A stretch of 63,852 nt of DNA, filler included, from Hausera hauseri (Eukaryota), in assembly GCA_046269625.1 (NCBI GenBank). It is 12 parts of 12 records of this genome, joined end to end, with 100 filler letters (N's around TTAATTAATTAA, not from the genome) between each part and the next. Parts side by side here need not be neighbours in the genome. Positions count along the whole stretch, not along the records: positions 48,788 to 53,595 come from JBJURY010428252.1; positions 53,696 to 59,321 come from JBJURY010218410.1; positions 59,422 to 63,852 come from JBJURY010586000.1; 9 more parts are not named here. One strand, given 5' to 3'. Below are positions 52,841-63,852 of this stretch, one piece after another. Every line of letters begins with the position of its first letter. Position 1 is the first letter of the stretch. Made by a program: the position numbers and the translations under genes. The notes below the pieces were generated by a model. That model had not been told where the DNA came from and made no database searches. It saw only the letters and a list, made by a program, of their open reading frames with translations.

Positions 52841-53295
52841 TGGGATGTCTTCTGGTGCTACCGTTATTTGGTAGTAGGCTTTTTCGAGATCTATGGTTGA
52901 ATAAATCGTAGTCTTGTGTAAAAAATGCAATATATCTTTAATCAAAGGTAGAGGATAAGCGTCCATGGTAGTGACGTTATTTAGTTGGCGATAATCGCCT
53001 CATGGATAGAATGTGCAACCTTTTTTCGGGACGACGTGGAGTGGTGATGCCCACGGTGATTTTGATCATCTTATTATTCCAGCTTGCTCGAGTGCGGAGA
53101 ATTCCGCTTGGACTGCCTGTTGACGGCGTAGTGAAAGTGTGCGGAGTTTTTGCCTAACGGGACTGGGGTTTTCTGTGATGATATGATGTAACGTTGTTAG
53201 CCGGTCAAAATTCTGGGTCTTTTTTAATTGTATGGAAACAAGACTTGACTAAATATTATTGCATTTCCTGGCTAAGTGTAGTGAAGATTGTTGTC
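52841..53295 (-). mobile_element. Separate CsRn1-like Gypsy RT N-terminal fragment abutting the env of element C
   Basis: AEFSALEQAGIIR*SKSPWASPLHVVPKK...GDYRQLNNVTTMDAYPLP...IDLEKAYYQITVAPEDIPK. Confidence 0.85.
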
Positions 53296-53859
53296 NNNNN
53301 NNNNNCAGTGTCTTGCGTGGATTTAGTATGAGAAATGGTAGAATTCGGGCAGTAGGTAGAAAGCAGTGCATGAGATCAGACCATTACCTCCCCCCAGGGA
53401 AGGAAGGAAGTCAATGAGAAAAGAACACGTCATCGAAGATGGAAAAACAGGCCAATGAGAGGAGGACAAGTCATCGTGGGGGGGGTGAGAAAAACTGACC
53501 AATTGGAGAGCAGTATTCGGTAAAACAAACATTATGTGATTTGGTCGTGGTGTCACTATTCCCACCCCTAGAACAAAGCGATCTGTTCGTGGTTTNNNNN
53601 NNNNNNNNNNNNNNNNNNNNNNNNNNNNNNNNNNNNNNNTTAATTAATTAANNNNNNNNNNNNNNNNNNNNNNNNNNNNNNNNNNNNNNNNNNNNCTGAA
53701 GACTCTGAAATTTCACTTCGACAAATTCAACAAAATACAGGCATAACAAAAAGTACGGCCTAAAGAATCCACATTTAATGCGGCAAGAACGGTCTCAATA
53801 CAAATTCAAAATTTATAGACTGGTATATTAAACGGCCGAGTACTAGCTCCAATACAGCT

Positions 53860-54540
53860 GCCAGAAAATTTAAACCGAAAAAACTATTTAGAATTTCTCC
53901 GAAATGATTTACACGATTTATTGGATGATGTTCCAATCAACATTGTGCAACGGATGTGGTTGCAGCACGACGGCTGTGCAGTCCATTATGCTCGTCGAGT
54001 AAGGGAAAATTTAAATAAAGAGTACCCGAATAGGTGGATTGGTCGTTTTGGCCCAATCCAGTGACCAGCACATTCGCCAGATTTAAACCCCATAGATTTT
54101 TTATTGGGGACACATGAAGGAAATTGTGTATCAAAAACCAGTGGAAAACATAACTGAACTACGGAGGAGAATAAATGAAGCTGCAGATCAAATAAGCAGA
54201 AAAGGATGTGCTAGACTCATGAAAAGATCTTTTTTAAGAAGATGTAGAGCATGCATTAGAGCTGAGAGAATACAATTTGAGCATTTGCTTTAAGTTAATA
54301 AATGTTTTAAATTAGCCTGTTGATTTCTTTATCAGTCTCCTTTATTTCTTGTCTTACTGACATAATCTTAGGAGTCAAAGTTTAGGATTCCTGAAGGTAG
54401 TGATTTTTTAGAATTTTATTAAAATGGCTGGTACTTGAGAACCGTAGAATATAGGACGCTAATTTTTTTGTTACGAGATCGGCATAAGTAGGCCTTTCTC
54501 CTATTGTCGGCTTGTCGTCACGTTCTGAGTCACCCTATAT
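53860..54540 (+). mobile_element. Tc1/mariner-superfamily transposase C-terminus with its right terminus
   Basis: MWLQHDGCAVHY...YPNRWIGRFGPIQ*PAHSPDLNPIDF...RRCRACI...QFEHLL*; ends CACCCTATA followed by a TA run. Confidence 0.88.
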
Positions 54541-54553
54541 ATATATATATATA

Positions 54554-57480
54554 TTAGGATGCATCTCATCCCCCACAAATTTTAGTATTATATATAAATC
54601 TTCACTCCCTTACTTAAATTTATTCACATGTCATACAAAATATTTGGGCAAAATTTGAAGAACTTTGGACATTGTCTGTGTGGTCCACCGCTCGCTTGAA
54701 TTATACATTATCCATTAATAGCCGAAATTGCACGAAATTGTTAACATTTTCACCTTTTTTTTTCTTTGTATTTTTTGATATTTGAATAGGCAATACACAA
54801 GTAATTACTTTAATAACATCTGCAAATACAATTCAAATCTGTTACAAATCTGTATTAGACAAAACTTTATAAAGGAAAACACTAAAGTTATCATTAAGTG
54901 AATTATACAGCTTTTACAAAATGCACGTTGATAATGTTGTCACTCAATGCCACAGCTGCTTGGATACCTTGCGCTTTCGCAGGTTTGGCATCTGATTACG
55001 GTCCTGGTCAACTATTTGGATAACATTCTGATAACGTTCTTCGCTCCTAACTGATGACAAAAATCAGAACTTAGTTTTATGCCCCCTCTGAACAGTTATT
55101 GATAATGTTAAGCGCTTCCATGTCGACAGCCGACGCCTGATAAGCAGCAAGGTGTGGCCAGTCGGAAACATAAGCTACCAGAAACTCTGAAATCAGCTGC
55201 AAAATGTGAAATGTGAACGACGAATCTGGCCCAGCCAGATCAGCTGAAGTAGTTGACATTATGATTGCGGGTGGAAACACTGGCTTGCCGAACACAGTCC
55301 CAAAGCGGTTCAGAGGTGATGTTTGCTCAGTTGTGGGCTTTACAACAAAGAGCTTATCAGCCAGAGCACGTTTATGTTCTGGTGGGACCTTGCTGCTAAA
55401 CAATGCTAGAGGCACCATTTCCTCTGTTAAGGTACCACAGATGCAGCCTTAAAGTTCGAATAGCATTTTTAGACGTCATTTCATTCAAGATCTCGTAACC
55501 CAGCAGATCCTGGTATAGTTGCATATCATTCCATGGTGCATTAGTTGCAGACCTACAACTCATCCACCAGCGGCTGTAAACGAAAACAGAAAAAGTGACG
55601 AAGTTCCTGATTTTTGATACTTGATACGGCATAATCAAAGTTCCGCAAGGCAGCTGCTGGATGTTCTTCTCAAGCAAGCATATTTTAATTGAATATAGCA
55701 GTTTGGCCATCCACCTTGCCTTGTGAAGAGCGCCCGCTCGCTTGAAGATTACTGGCTGCTCAGGCATTTTATCACTGATGAACACTGCGCACAATTCAAC
55801 AAACTCACGGTAGTCATCTTTGCGCAGTGACAGTTCCGAGTGCAGCAGCTCAAGAACTCTGATTTTCTAGTCTTTGAACAAATGCCATGCTATATCAATG
55901 TACTCAGTAGGATCATGTCTTTACAGTGAATGATGTGACAATAATTTAAACTTTTTACGAAACCGCACAAACAATGTTATATCATGTGACTCTGAGGCTT
56001 CAATCTGTAAATCAGCGAAGATATGGGAAAGAATCACTTCTCCAACATGATGTCTACAGGCCGACCGAAGAAGCACTCGATTCAGTCATTGCTGGATAAT
56101 AACACATGCTGCACTGATGTGCTCTGTGTTTGCTGCTGTAGTGTCATATGTAAAATTTGTGATGGAGTATACACAATGCCATGACTTTAGCAGATAAGTT
56201 GTCGAGTCGTCAGTAATGTCGTCCGATTTTTTATCTGTGTCCGGCTGGTACGATAGCACACCTAGCAGTTTCAGTTCATGCGTATTTCCTACCACAACAG
56301 TAAAACTTTCTTCACTATTATTCATGTTGTGGAGTGTAGGCATGAGCTTCAAGTCCCAGTGTAGCGTGGCAAGTTTCGGAGCAGTCCACTGTTCTCTGCT
56401 TTTGTTGACTATCTTTCAACCAACTTTGCGCCGAGCTTTGTCTGCTGTTGAGTAGAACAAGTAGATTTTGGATGGGCTGCCTCCGACCTTTGAAATCAGC
56501 GCTTGTGTGTAGGCAGCCTGCTGAGCTGGAGTCATTTTTAGTCTTGTTGCTAATGCTACAAGTTTGAGTTTCTGTAAAATGTCTGGTGGAATAGAGATTG
56601 TTGTTCTTATGCGGACAGTTCAATGATGACTCTTCGAATTACTAGTTGACGGTTTATCTCCAGGTGACGCAGGACAAACAGGATTAGAGTCTTTCATGTC
56701 ATTGTCGTCAGTCTCGTCACTACTATTGAAAATGTTTGCAACAGTTGTGGCTTTAGCAGCAGAAATCTGGTCATCCCACTTCAGCCGCCTTGCAACCTCT
56801 GACTGCTGACGTTTCCACCGGCGTTCGATTTTTGCTGTCAGCAGCTTGTCATATGACCCGAAACTAGCTGACCAGTCATCTTTCATTGATCGCAGGAACT
56901 TGCGATCTTCCGAATTCTTGACAAGCTAATCAGCATTGGCAGGCCGCAGAGGAAATGTCTTAGCAAGTGTATCTTCCATTCGTTTAACCTTCGGAAATGA
57001 GGCTGCTGTTGATCGGCTCTTACATGGTATGGCTCTAATATTCGCATTTTCGTGAAGAAGTTGGATCATTCTCTCACATGCTTTGCGGTCCGAGATCATA
57101 GGAATGTTTGCTATCCGGTAGAATGGCACTACTTTGAGAGAACGAGTTTAGCCGACTCCTACTTTGTTAGATTTTCGCATTTGTCTTCTTGTAGATGAGA
57201 CATAATGCAGCACAACACTTGCCCATTTGTTGGAAGACGTTCACCAATAATCACCGAGTCGTCAATAGTGGTTGCATACGCAGTCCGAAAACAATGGTGA
57301 ATTGTCGTGTCTTTCGATTACAATTTTTATTATCTGAAAATGATTTCAATTTCTCAGTAGTGGCAGTGAAGGTGGTTACAGCTGCTGCTGGCAAAGGAGA
57401 CCGACATTCCGAGGTTGTATGTGGTTTACAACTGTCTTCAAAAGCAGACTCATCATCAGCACCATGTTTCTCTGCCATCT
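54554..57480 (-). mobile_element. Degenerate DDE DNA transposon, hAT-like (probably hATm type)
   Basis: YDTTAANT, ACRHHVGEV, GALHKARWMAKLLYSIKI, HLWYL, INNCSEG; many frameshifts; terminus TTAGGATG near 54554. Confidence 0.75.
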
Positions 57481-57766
57481 GTCCTAAAACAATTTCAAAT
57501 AGTAATTGGCATGTGCTACGTTGAATAGTGGATTAAAATACAATTAATAAAAAGACATTACATTACAAAATAAATACACAAAAAGTTTCAAATACTCAAG
57601 ATACGATGCATGAAATCGAATTATGATTTATTCTGTTAAATAAACACTGCTCAACATATACAAAATTCCTATTTAAATCTGGTATTCATCTAATAGTTCG
57701 AGGTGGCCATTGTAAATGAATTCAGAAATGAAAAATATTTGTAACAATCACTTTTTAGAGTTATAT

Positions 57767-59185
57767 ATAAGGGTGGCCTGAAATTTTTTCTAATTTTAGT
57801 ATCGCACACCATGTAATTTGAGGAGGTTTGACGTAGTTACACGACCAAAAAATTTATGATAATATTATTACTGGAAGTTGTCCCACGAGGCAACTGAAAA
57901 TAATGAAAATTAGGACGTTTTCGTTGTTTTCTGCCATTTTCGCAACGTTTTGTGTAACCGGTACCACCAGTCCATAACATAATATTGCTCACTACTGAGG
58001 CTGACTTTATTTAATGCAAACAGTTAAATAAAGAAAAAACATTATCATTAGTTGAATACCAATTTAGATGTATATTAACAACATAAAAATACACATCGTC
58101 TTAGCAATGTCAAATAGCATTCAGTCGAGTCCAGCAGTGCTGCACTATTCCCTATTACGCTTGGTGCACTGTGTGTACGTCGAGGCAGACTGTGTTTTTT
58201 GGTTGCATTCGTTGGAAGGATCTTACGATGGTACTCTACGACTTGGTAGAGCAAATCACGTTGCTCTGCATTCTTGGTCAAGACTTCATTGAAGTCGGTT
58301 GTCAACTTTACCGCTCTTTCAGCACAATCATTGACTACTTTAACGGCTCGTACAATCTTGCAGGCAGTGTTGTAGTCAACTCGATCTCGCCACGTACTTA
58401 CAGAAGCGGTCAAAAAGCCTTGAGGTAAATGCAAAACTTGGAAGAGTTGAGTGAACGTTGTGTGACAAAATTTGTAAGACGTGTTTTCTGAAATTTAGCT
58501 ACTTTGTTTGGTGCAATACGACGAAGATCGTCAGCAAATGGTTCTTTCTGCAAGACATTTACGATTTCCTCCTTGATATCTTCATTGGCATTATCACTGA
58601 GCAATGGTAGTGCAGCAAGATCTTCACTGATATACCATAAATGTAGCATCATCTTTCGGCCAGCAACTGCGACAATTTCCTTGTCAACGTCAGTATACTG
58701 ATCAATCAGTAACGACATCATCACGTCATTCATGGGGGCATCAAATGTTATGAGGACTGCTAACAAGAACCTTGCATAAATTGTTGTAACAAATAAACAG
58801 ATACTTCGCAGTGAACTGCTCTCATGCTTCCTCGTGTTGAGCTCGTGTCGAAAGCCACAGATCTTCATGCAGTAAATTGCCTTCGCCATCCATCGCACAC
58901 GGTGGTATGCGCCTGGAGCACCAAACCCTGACCCAACATCCTCATTTTCTCCTAGGAGACGAAGGACAAGCCTTGCCAGTTCACGATAGTCTTCTCGGGG
59001 TTCTACTTCTTTCAGGTGTCGCCGCAAGTTGTGGATTACAGAATCTCGTTTAGTTTCAAGCCAAGTTTTCTCAGCAATAGTGAGCCATCCTTCGTCAGCC
59101 TCATCGCTGTCAAGTGAATCAAACTTTGACTTGTCAATTAAATCCCACTGAGACTTCACCTGACTGAAGATCTGTATATCAGGTC
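57767..59185 (-). mobile_element. Second hAT-like transposase, C-terminal part, with a terminus
   Basis: PREDYREL, PGAYHRVRWMAKAIY, HLWYISE, VVNDCAERAVKL; terminus TAAGGGTGG near 57768. Confidence 0.8.
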
Positions 59186-60248
59186 AGTAGGTAAAAGTGT
59201 CCTCTCCGCCGCACTTCCCAAAAAGTGCTCAGATTGACCTGGGACCAAGTTTTCCCCACCTATCTCGCAATTCTGAGCATTTCATGTTTTGGGGTCGGAG
59301 ACCCCCCAGGATTGAAAACATNNNNNNNNNNNNNNNNNNNNNNNNNNNNNNNNNNNNNNNNNNNNTTAATTAATTAANNNNNNNNNNNNNNNNNNNNNNN
59401 NNNNNNNNNNNNNNNNNNNNNTTGTCGACCTAATAAATATCCATCTAATATTTGACTAATTGTGTTTTGTTGATGTTTTGTCGACATAATAAATATCCGT
59501 CTAGTATTTGACTCATAACATGTCATTGTTCATGAGTAAAGCCAATTTTTATATAAAAGGAAGAAATATTAGTGACGTGTTTGATAATTAGACGAATACA
59601 TTGTACTTTGACATAACATGAATGACAAACTAGAAATTCAGTATTAGTGAAATGTTGGTTGAAAAATGAAACGAAAATTTTATGAAATTTAAAAATTCCT
59701 TAGGGGGAAAATTGAAGAATTTCAAATTGGCGCAACATTTTAGATGGCAATATTGCATCATCTTAGCGTTGTTTGCAAAAACATTTTTCATATTAATAAA
59801 CGTAAAATTTTGTATTTGTAGAACCTGTAGAACGTGTAAAACTCCGACTAACAGTAAGGTGCTTGTAGATATGTTAAAGAAATTTAGACACATACTTATG
59901 CTCCTTAACTAGCGACAGTTCATCTCTAATTATCTATTACCCAAAGACTTTGTCAGTCCTAGAGAGAAGCTTTCGTAATACATGTATATTTCATTCATTC
60001 TTTTTCATGGCATGGAACTCACACAAATTACTTTATTCGCTTAGCTGCTTGAACAGACAGTTTTAGAAGTTTGAATTGGGAATTCTTCCTTTTTGATTTT
60101 GAATTGCATGTTTTATTTTTCTGACGTCTTCTTCATTCGAGTTTACATTATTTTACATTTACTTATTTCTCAACCTCAGAGTATTCATTTTGTAAGACAC
60201 TTTATTTGGTAAAAGTACTCGATGTGTCTTAATCGTATTATTTCGTAG

Positions 60249-62361
60249 GTATGTAACGAAAACAGTCTCTTTAAAACCGAAGCACGATACTTGGTTCGTC
60301 GTAAAGATCCTGATCTCTGGTGTGAAGTTTTGGGCGACAGCAATGAGTACAGACGTCAGCTAATTGACCAAGTCGTCCAAACAGCGTTGTCCGAAACTCA
60401 AGATCCCGAAGAAATCTCCATTGCTGTCAAAGCATTTATGGCCGCCGATATGCCCAATGAATTGATTGAATTGCTGGAAAAGATCGTTTTGGATAATTCC
60501 GTGTTTAGTGATCACCGGAACTTACAGAACCTGTTGATTTTGACGGCAATTAAAGCCGACAAAACGAGAGTTATGGAATATATCAATAGACTGGACAATT
60601 ACGATGCACCGGACATTGCAAATATCGCCATCACCAATGATCTATTCGAAGAAGCATTTGCTATTTTCAAGAAATTCGAAGTAAACACGTCAGCTATTCA
60701 AGTGTTGATTGACAACATAAAAAATTTGGATCGTGCGTACGAATTCGCCGAAAGGTGCAATGAACCAGGTGTCTGGAGTCAACTTGCATTGGCCCAATTG
60801 AATTCTGGGTACATCAAGGAAGCCGTTGATTCATATCTGAAAGCAGGAGACCCCAGTCAATACATTAAGGTTGTTGAATGTGGCAAAAAAGATGGTAACT
60901 ATGAAGACCTCGTTCGATATTTGCAAATGGCTCGCAAGAAAGCACGGGAAACATTCATTGAAACCGAATTGGCATATGCGTATTCAAAAACGAATAGACT
61001 AGCCGATCTGGAAGAATTTATATCCGGTCCAAATCACGCTAACATAACTCAAGTTGCCGATCGGTGTTTCGACGAGAAATTATACGAGGCAGCAAAATTA
61101 CTGTACAACAACGTGTCAAATTACGCTCGTCTGGCGATCACTCTCGTTCATCTCGGTGAATATCAGGCTGCCGTCGATTCAGCACGGAAGGCAAATTCTA
61201 CACGAACGTGGAAAGAAGTTTGTTTCGCATGTGTGGATAACGAGGAATTCCGATTAGCACAAATGTCCGGCATGCATATCGTTGTTCATGCTGATGAATT
61301 GGAAGACCTCATCAATTACTATCAAGATCGCGGGTTTTTTGAGGAACTCATTGCGCTGTTGGAGGCCGGATTGGGTCTGGAACGAGCTCACATGGGAATG
61401 TTCACCGAATTGGCTATCCTCTATTCCAAATATAAACCAGCAAAAATGAGAGAACATTTGGAGTTGTTCTGGAGTCGAGTGAACATTCCAAAGGTGTTGC
61501 GTGCTGCTGAACAGGCACATCTATGGTCAGAATTAGTATTTTTGTACGACAAATACGAGGAATACGACAACGCTATCATTACAATGATGAATCATCCAAC
61601 GGAGGCATGGAAAGAGAATCATTTCAAGGACATAATCACAAAAGTCGCCAACATCGAGCTATATTACAAGGCCATCGGATTCTATCTGAACAACAAACCG
61701 CTGTTACTTAACGATCTTCTGAACGTGCTCATCCCTCGACTAGATCACACACGAACTGTCAATTATTTCAGCAAAGTTGGCCAGATTCCACTGGTGAAAC
61801 CGTACTTGCGTCACGTGCAACAACACAACAACAAATCTGTCAATGAGGCTCTCAACACTCTGCTGATCGATGAGGAAGACTATGAGGGTCTGCGAGCGTC
61901 CATTGAGAATTATCACAATTTCGATAACATCTCTCTGGCTCAAAAACTCGAGAAACACGAACTGATCGAATTCCGTCGAATTGCAGCGTTCCTGTACAAA
62001 GGTAACAATCGATACAAACAGAGTATCGATTTGTGTAAGAGGGACAAATTGTACAAAGATGCAATGCAATACGCCAGTGAATCACGAGAAATTGATGCTG
62101 CCGAGGAGTTGTTAAACTGGTTCTTATCGGAGGGTCTGTACGACTGTTTTGCTGCCTGTCTGTTTACGTGTTACGATTTGCTACGGCCAGATGTCGTTTT
62201 GGAATTGTCATGGCGGTATAACATCATGGATTTTGCAATGCCATTCATCATTCAAGTCATGAAGGAATACATTGAGAAAGTTGATAAACTGGAGAAGGCC
62301 GATGCTATTCGGACAACGAACGAGGAAAAAGCCGAGTTGGAACACAAACCAATAATGATAA
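60249..62361 (+). CDS. CLTC: Clathrin heavy chain, large internal exon
   Basis: [24 protein letters not shown]...[14 protein letters not shown]...[21 protein letters not shown]...[12 protein letters not shown]. Acceptor tttcgtag ends at 60248; donor GTGAGT starts at 62362. Confidence 0.97.
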
Positions 62362-63852
62362 GTGAGTAGTTTGATTATTCGGTTAACGGAATTTGCGATT
62401 TTAGGATAACTTACCCTTTCCTCCTTATTTTACACTGTTAATATTTATATGTATACAAAACTCTGTAATTTATTTATTTGATACAATTTTGAATATTTCG
62501 ATCAAATAAAAATATTATTTAGGAATTTTGTGGATTATTAAATTTTGGCTGTCAAGTAGAATAGTGTACCAAATTTTTCACAATTTTTATTGAAATATTT
62601 TTTATACTACAAAATCCAGTATTCTCAGATATTTTATTAATAAATTTCTCTACATTTTCATTGTTTAAATACATTATTTAAATGAATTCCAATAGAATTT
62701 TAAATATTTGACCTTGGTTACTGTTTTACAAAATTATGTCTCGTAATATAACACTAATTTTCTTACGATTCATCCAAGTCTACTAATTAAGTGTTGAATT
62801 GTAAACAGTACATTTGAGGAAAAATGGACAGAAAAATGTATGTCGACATTCTGAATGAAAGTCTTCGAGCGTCGGACAAAAAATGAAAATAGAAAAGAAA
62901 TTCGTGCTACAACAAGACAAAGCTAGCAAAGTCGAACGGGAATGTTTAAGGAAATCGAAAACTAAAATAGCTTTGCGAAACATCAACCAATGCAGAAATG
63001 TTGAAATGGATTTCATCATGAATATTCAGTTGAGAATTAACCGATGAATGATGATTATGTGAACAGAATGAGCCCATTTTTAAAACCAATGTATTGACCT
63101 GCAACATTACTCATTGGAAATTTCTCTTAATGTTTACTGATAATCGTTTATCGATTTAAAATTTTCATACACACTATTTCTTGTTCTTTGTGTGTATATA
63201 TTTGCTTAAATTTTGAACTGAAGTTTCACCTTTATTAACTTTCCAACAAAAATACTAAAAATAGCGCGCAAGTAATTACTCAAAATTAATACATTTAAAC
63301 AAATCGATACTAAGATATCCTCTAGCAAACAATATTGAAAACGTCAGATTCGACGTTAGGTATGTACACAATGTAACTGGCATGGTTTTCAGTGGTTTTC
63401 AAGTACTATATGAAAAGTATTTTACAAATGCACACATTGCATTTTCCTGTAGACTTTCCGAAATTTAATGTCTCGGTTTGATTTTTTCTGATCACCGTGT
63501 ATATTTTATGAATATAAAATTTCACACGTGAGAGAGAGGAATCGTCACTACCGAACTAAAATTTTACAAATTTGCAATTTCAGTATGGAAGCCATTTTCG
63601 ATTTGTGATAAATAATCAACATGATTAGTAGTGTTATTGCCAAATTTTATAAAAATGCATTGACCCCTATTCGAATACTTCTCTACTAAGTGAAATTGAA
63701 TTGACTGAAAACGAAATTGAACTGGGCATGGTGTATTAAAAGGTCTAATTGTCGTCTGGTTATTTAAAACTGGCATCCTTTTTGAATCCGGTGCTTATCT
63801 CATAAAGACCCGTTTAGATGCCAGTAAAAATAAATTTCAATTCAAAAATAAT

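Overview
This window is not continuous DNA. It holds 12 short eukaryotic contigs joined by identical 100-bp linkers (N-run, TTAATTAATTAA, N-run). Most of it is AT-rich invertebrate DNA with a clathrin heavy-chain exon, a TENT5/FAM46 exon, and degenerate DNA2 and SSRP1 copies. Several segments look vertebrate or fish-derived (an AHNAK repeat and an ERV remnant), which suggests a fish-associated invertebrate with host carry-over; that is an inference. Decayed mobile elements dominate: two protein-primed PolB genes, a Polinton/Maverick-type remnant (integrase, two minor-capsid-like genes, truncated PolB), CsRn1-like Gypsy pieces, a Tc1/mariner-type end and two hAT-like transposases. The main result is a Gypsy-type LTR retroelement family seen in four separate contigs. 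In three of them a chuvirus-like envelope glycoprotein gene lies immediately upstream of pol; the fourth holds the LTR, PBS, ORF1 and env N-terminus. In one copy the env transmembrane segment and tail run in frame into the protease. The env-protease linker carries ESCRT late-domain motifs (PSAP twice, YPDL once). The ORF between the PBS and env shows no gag hallmark I can recognise. All family assignments come from recognising motifs by eye; no database search was run.
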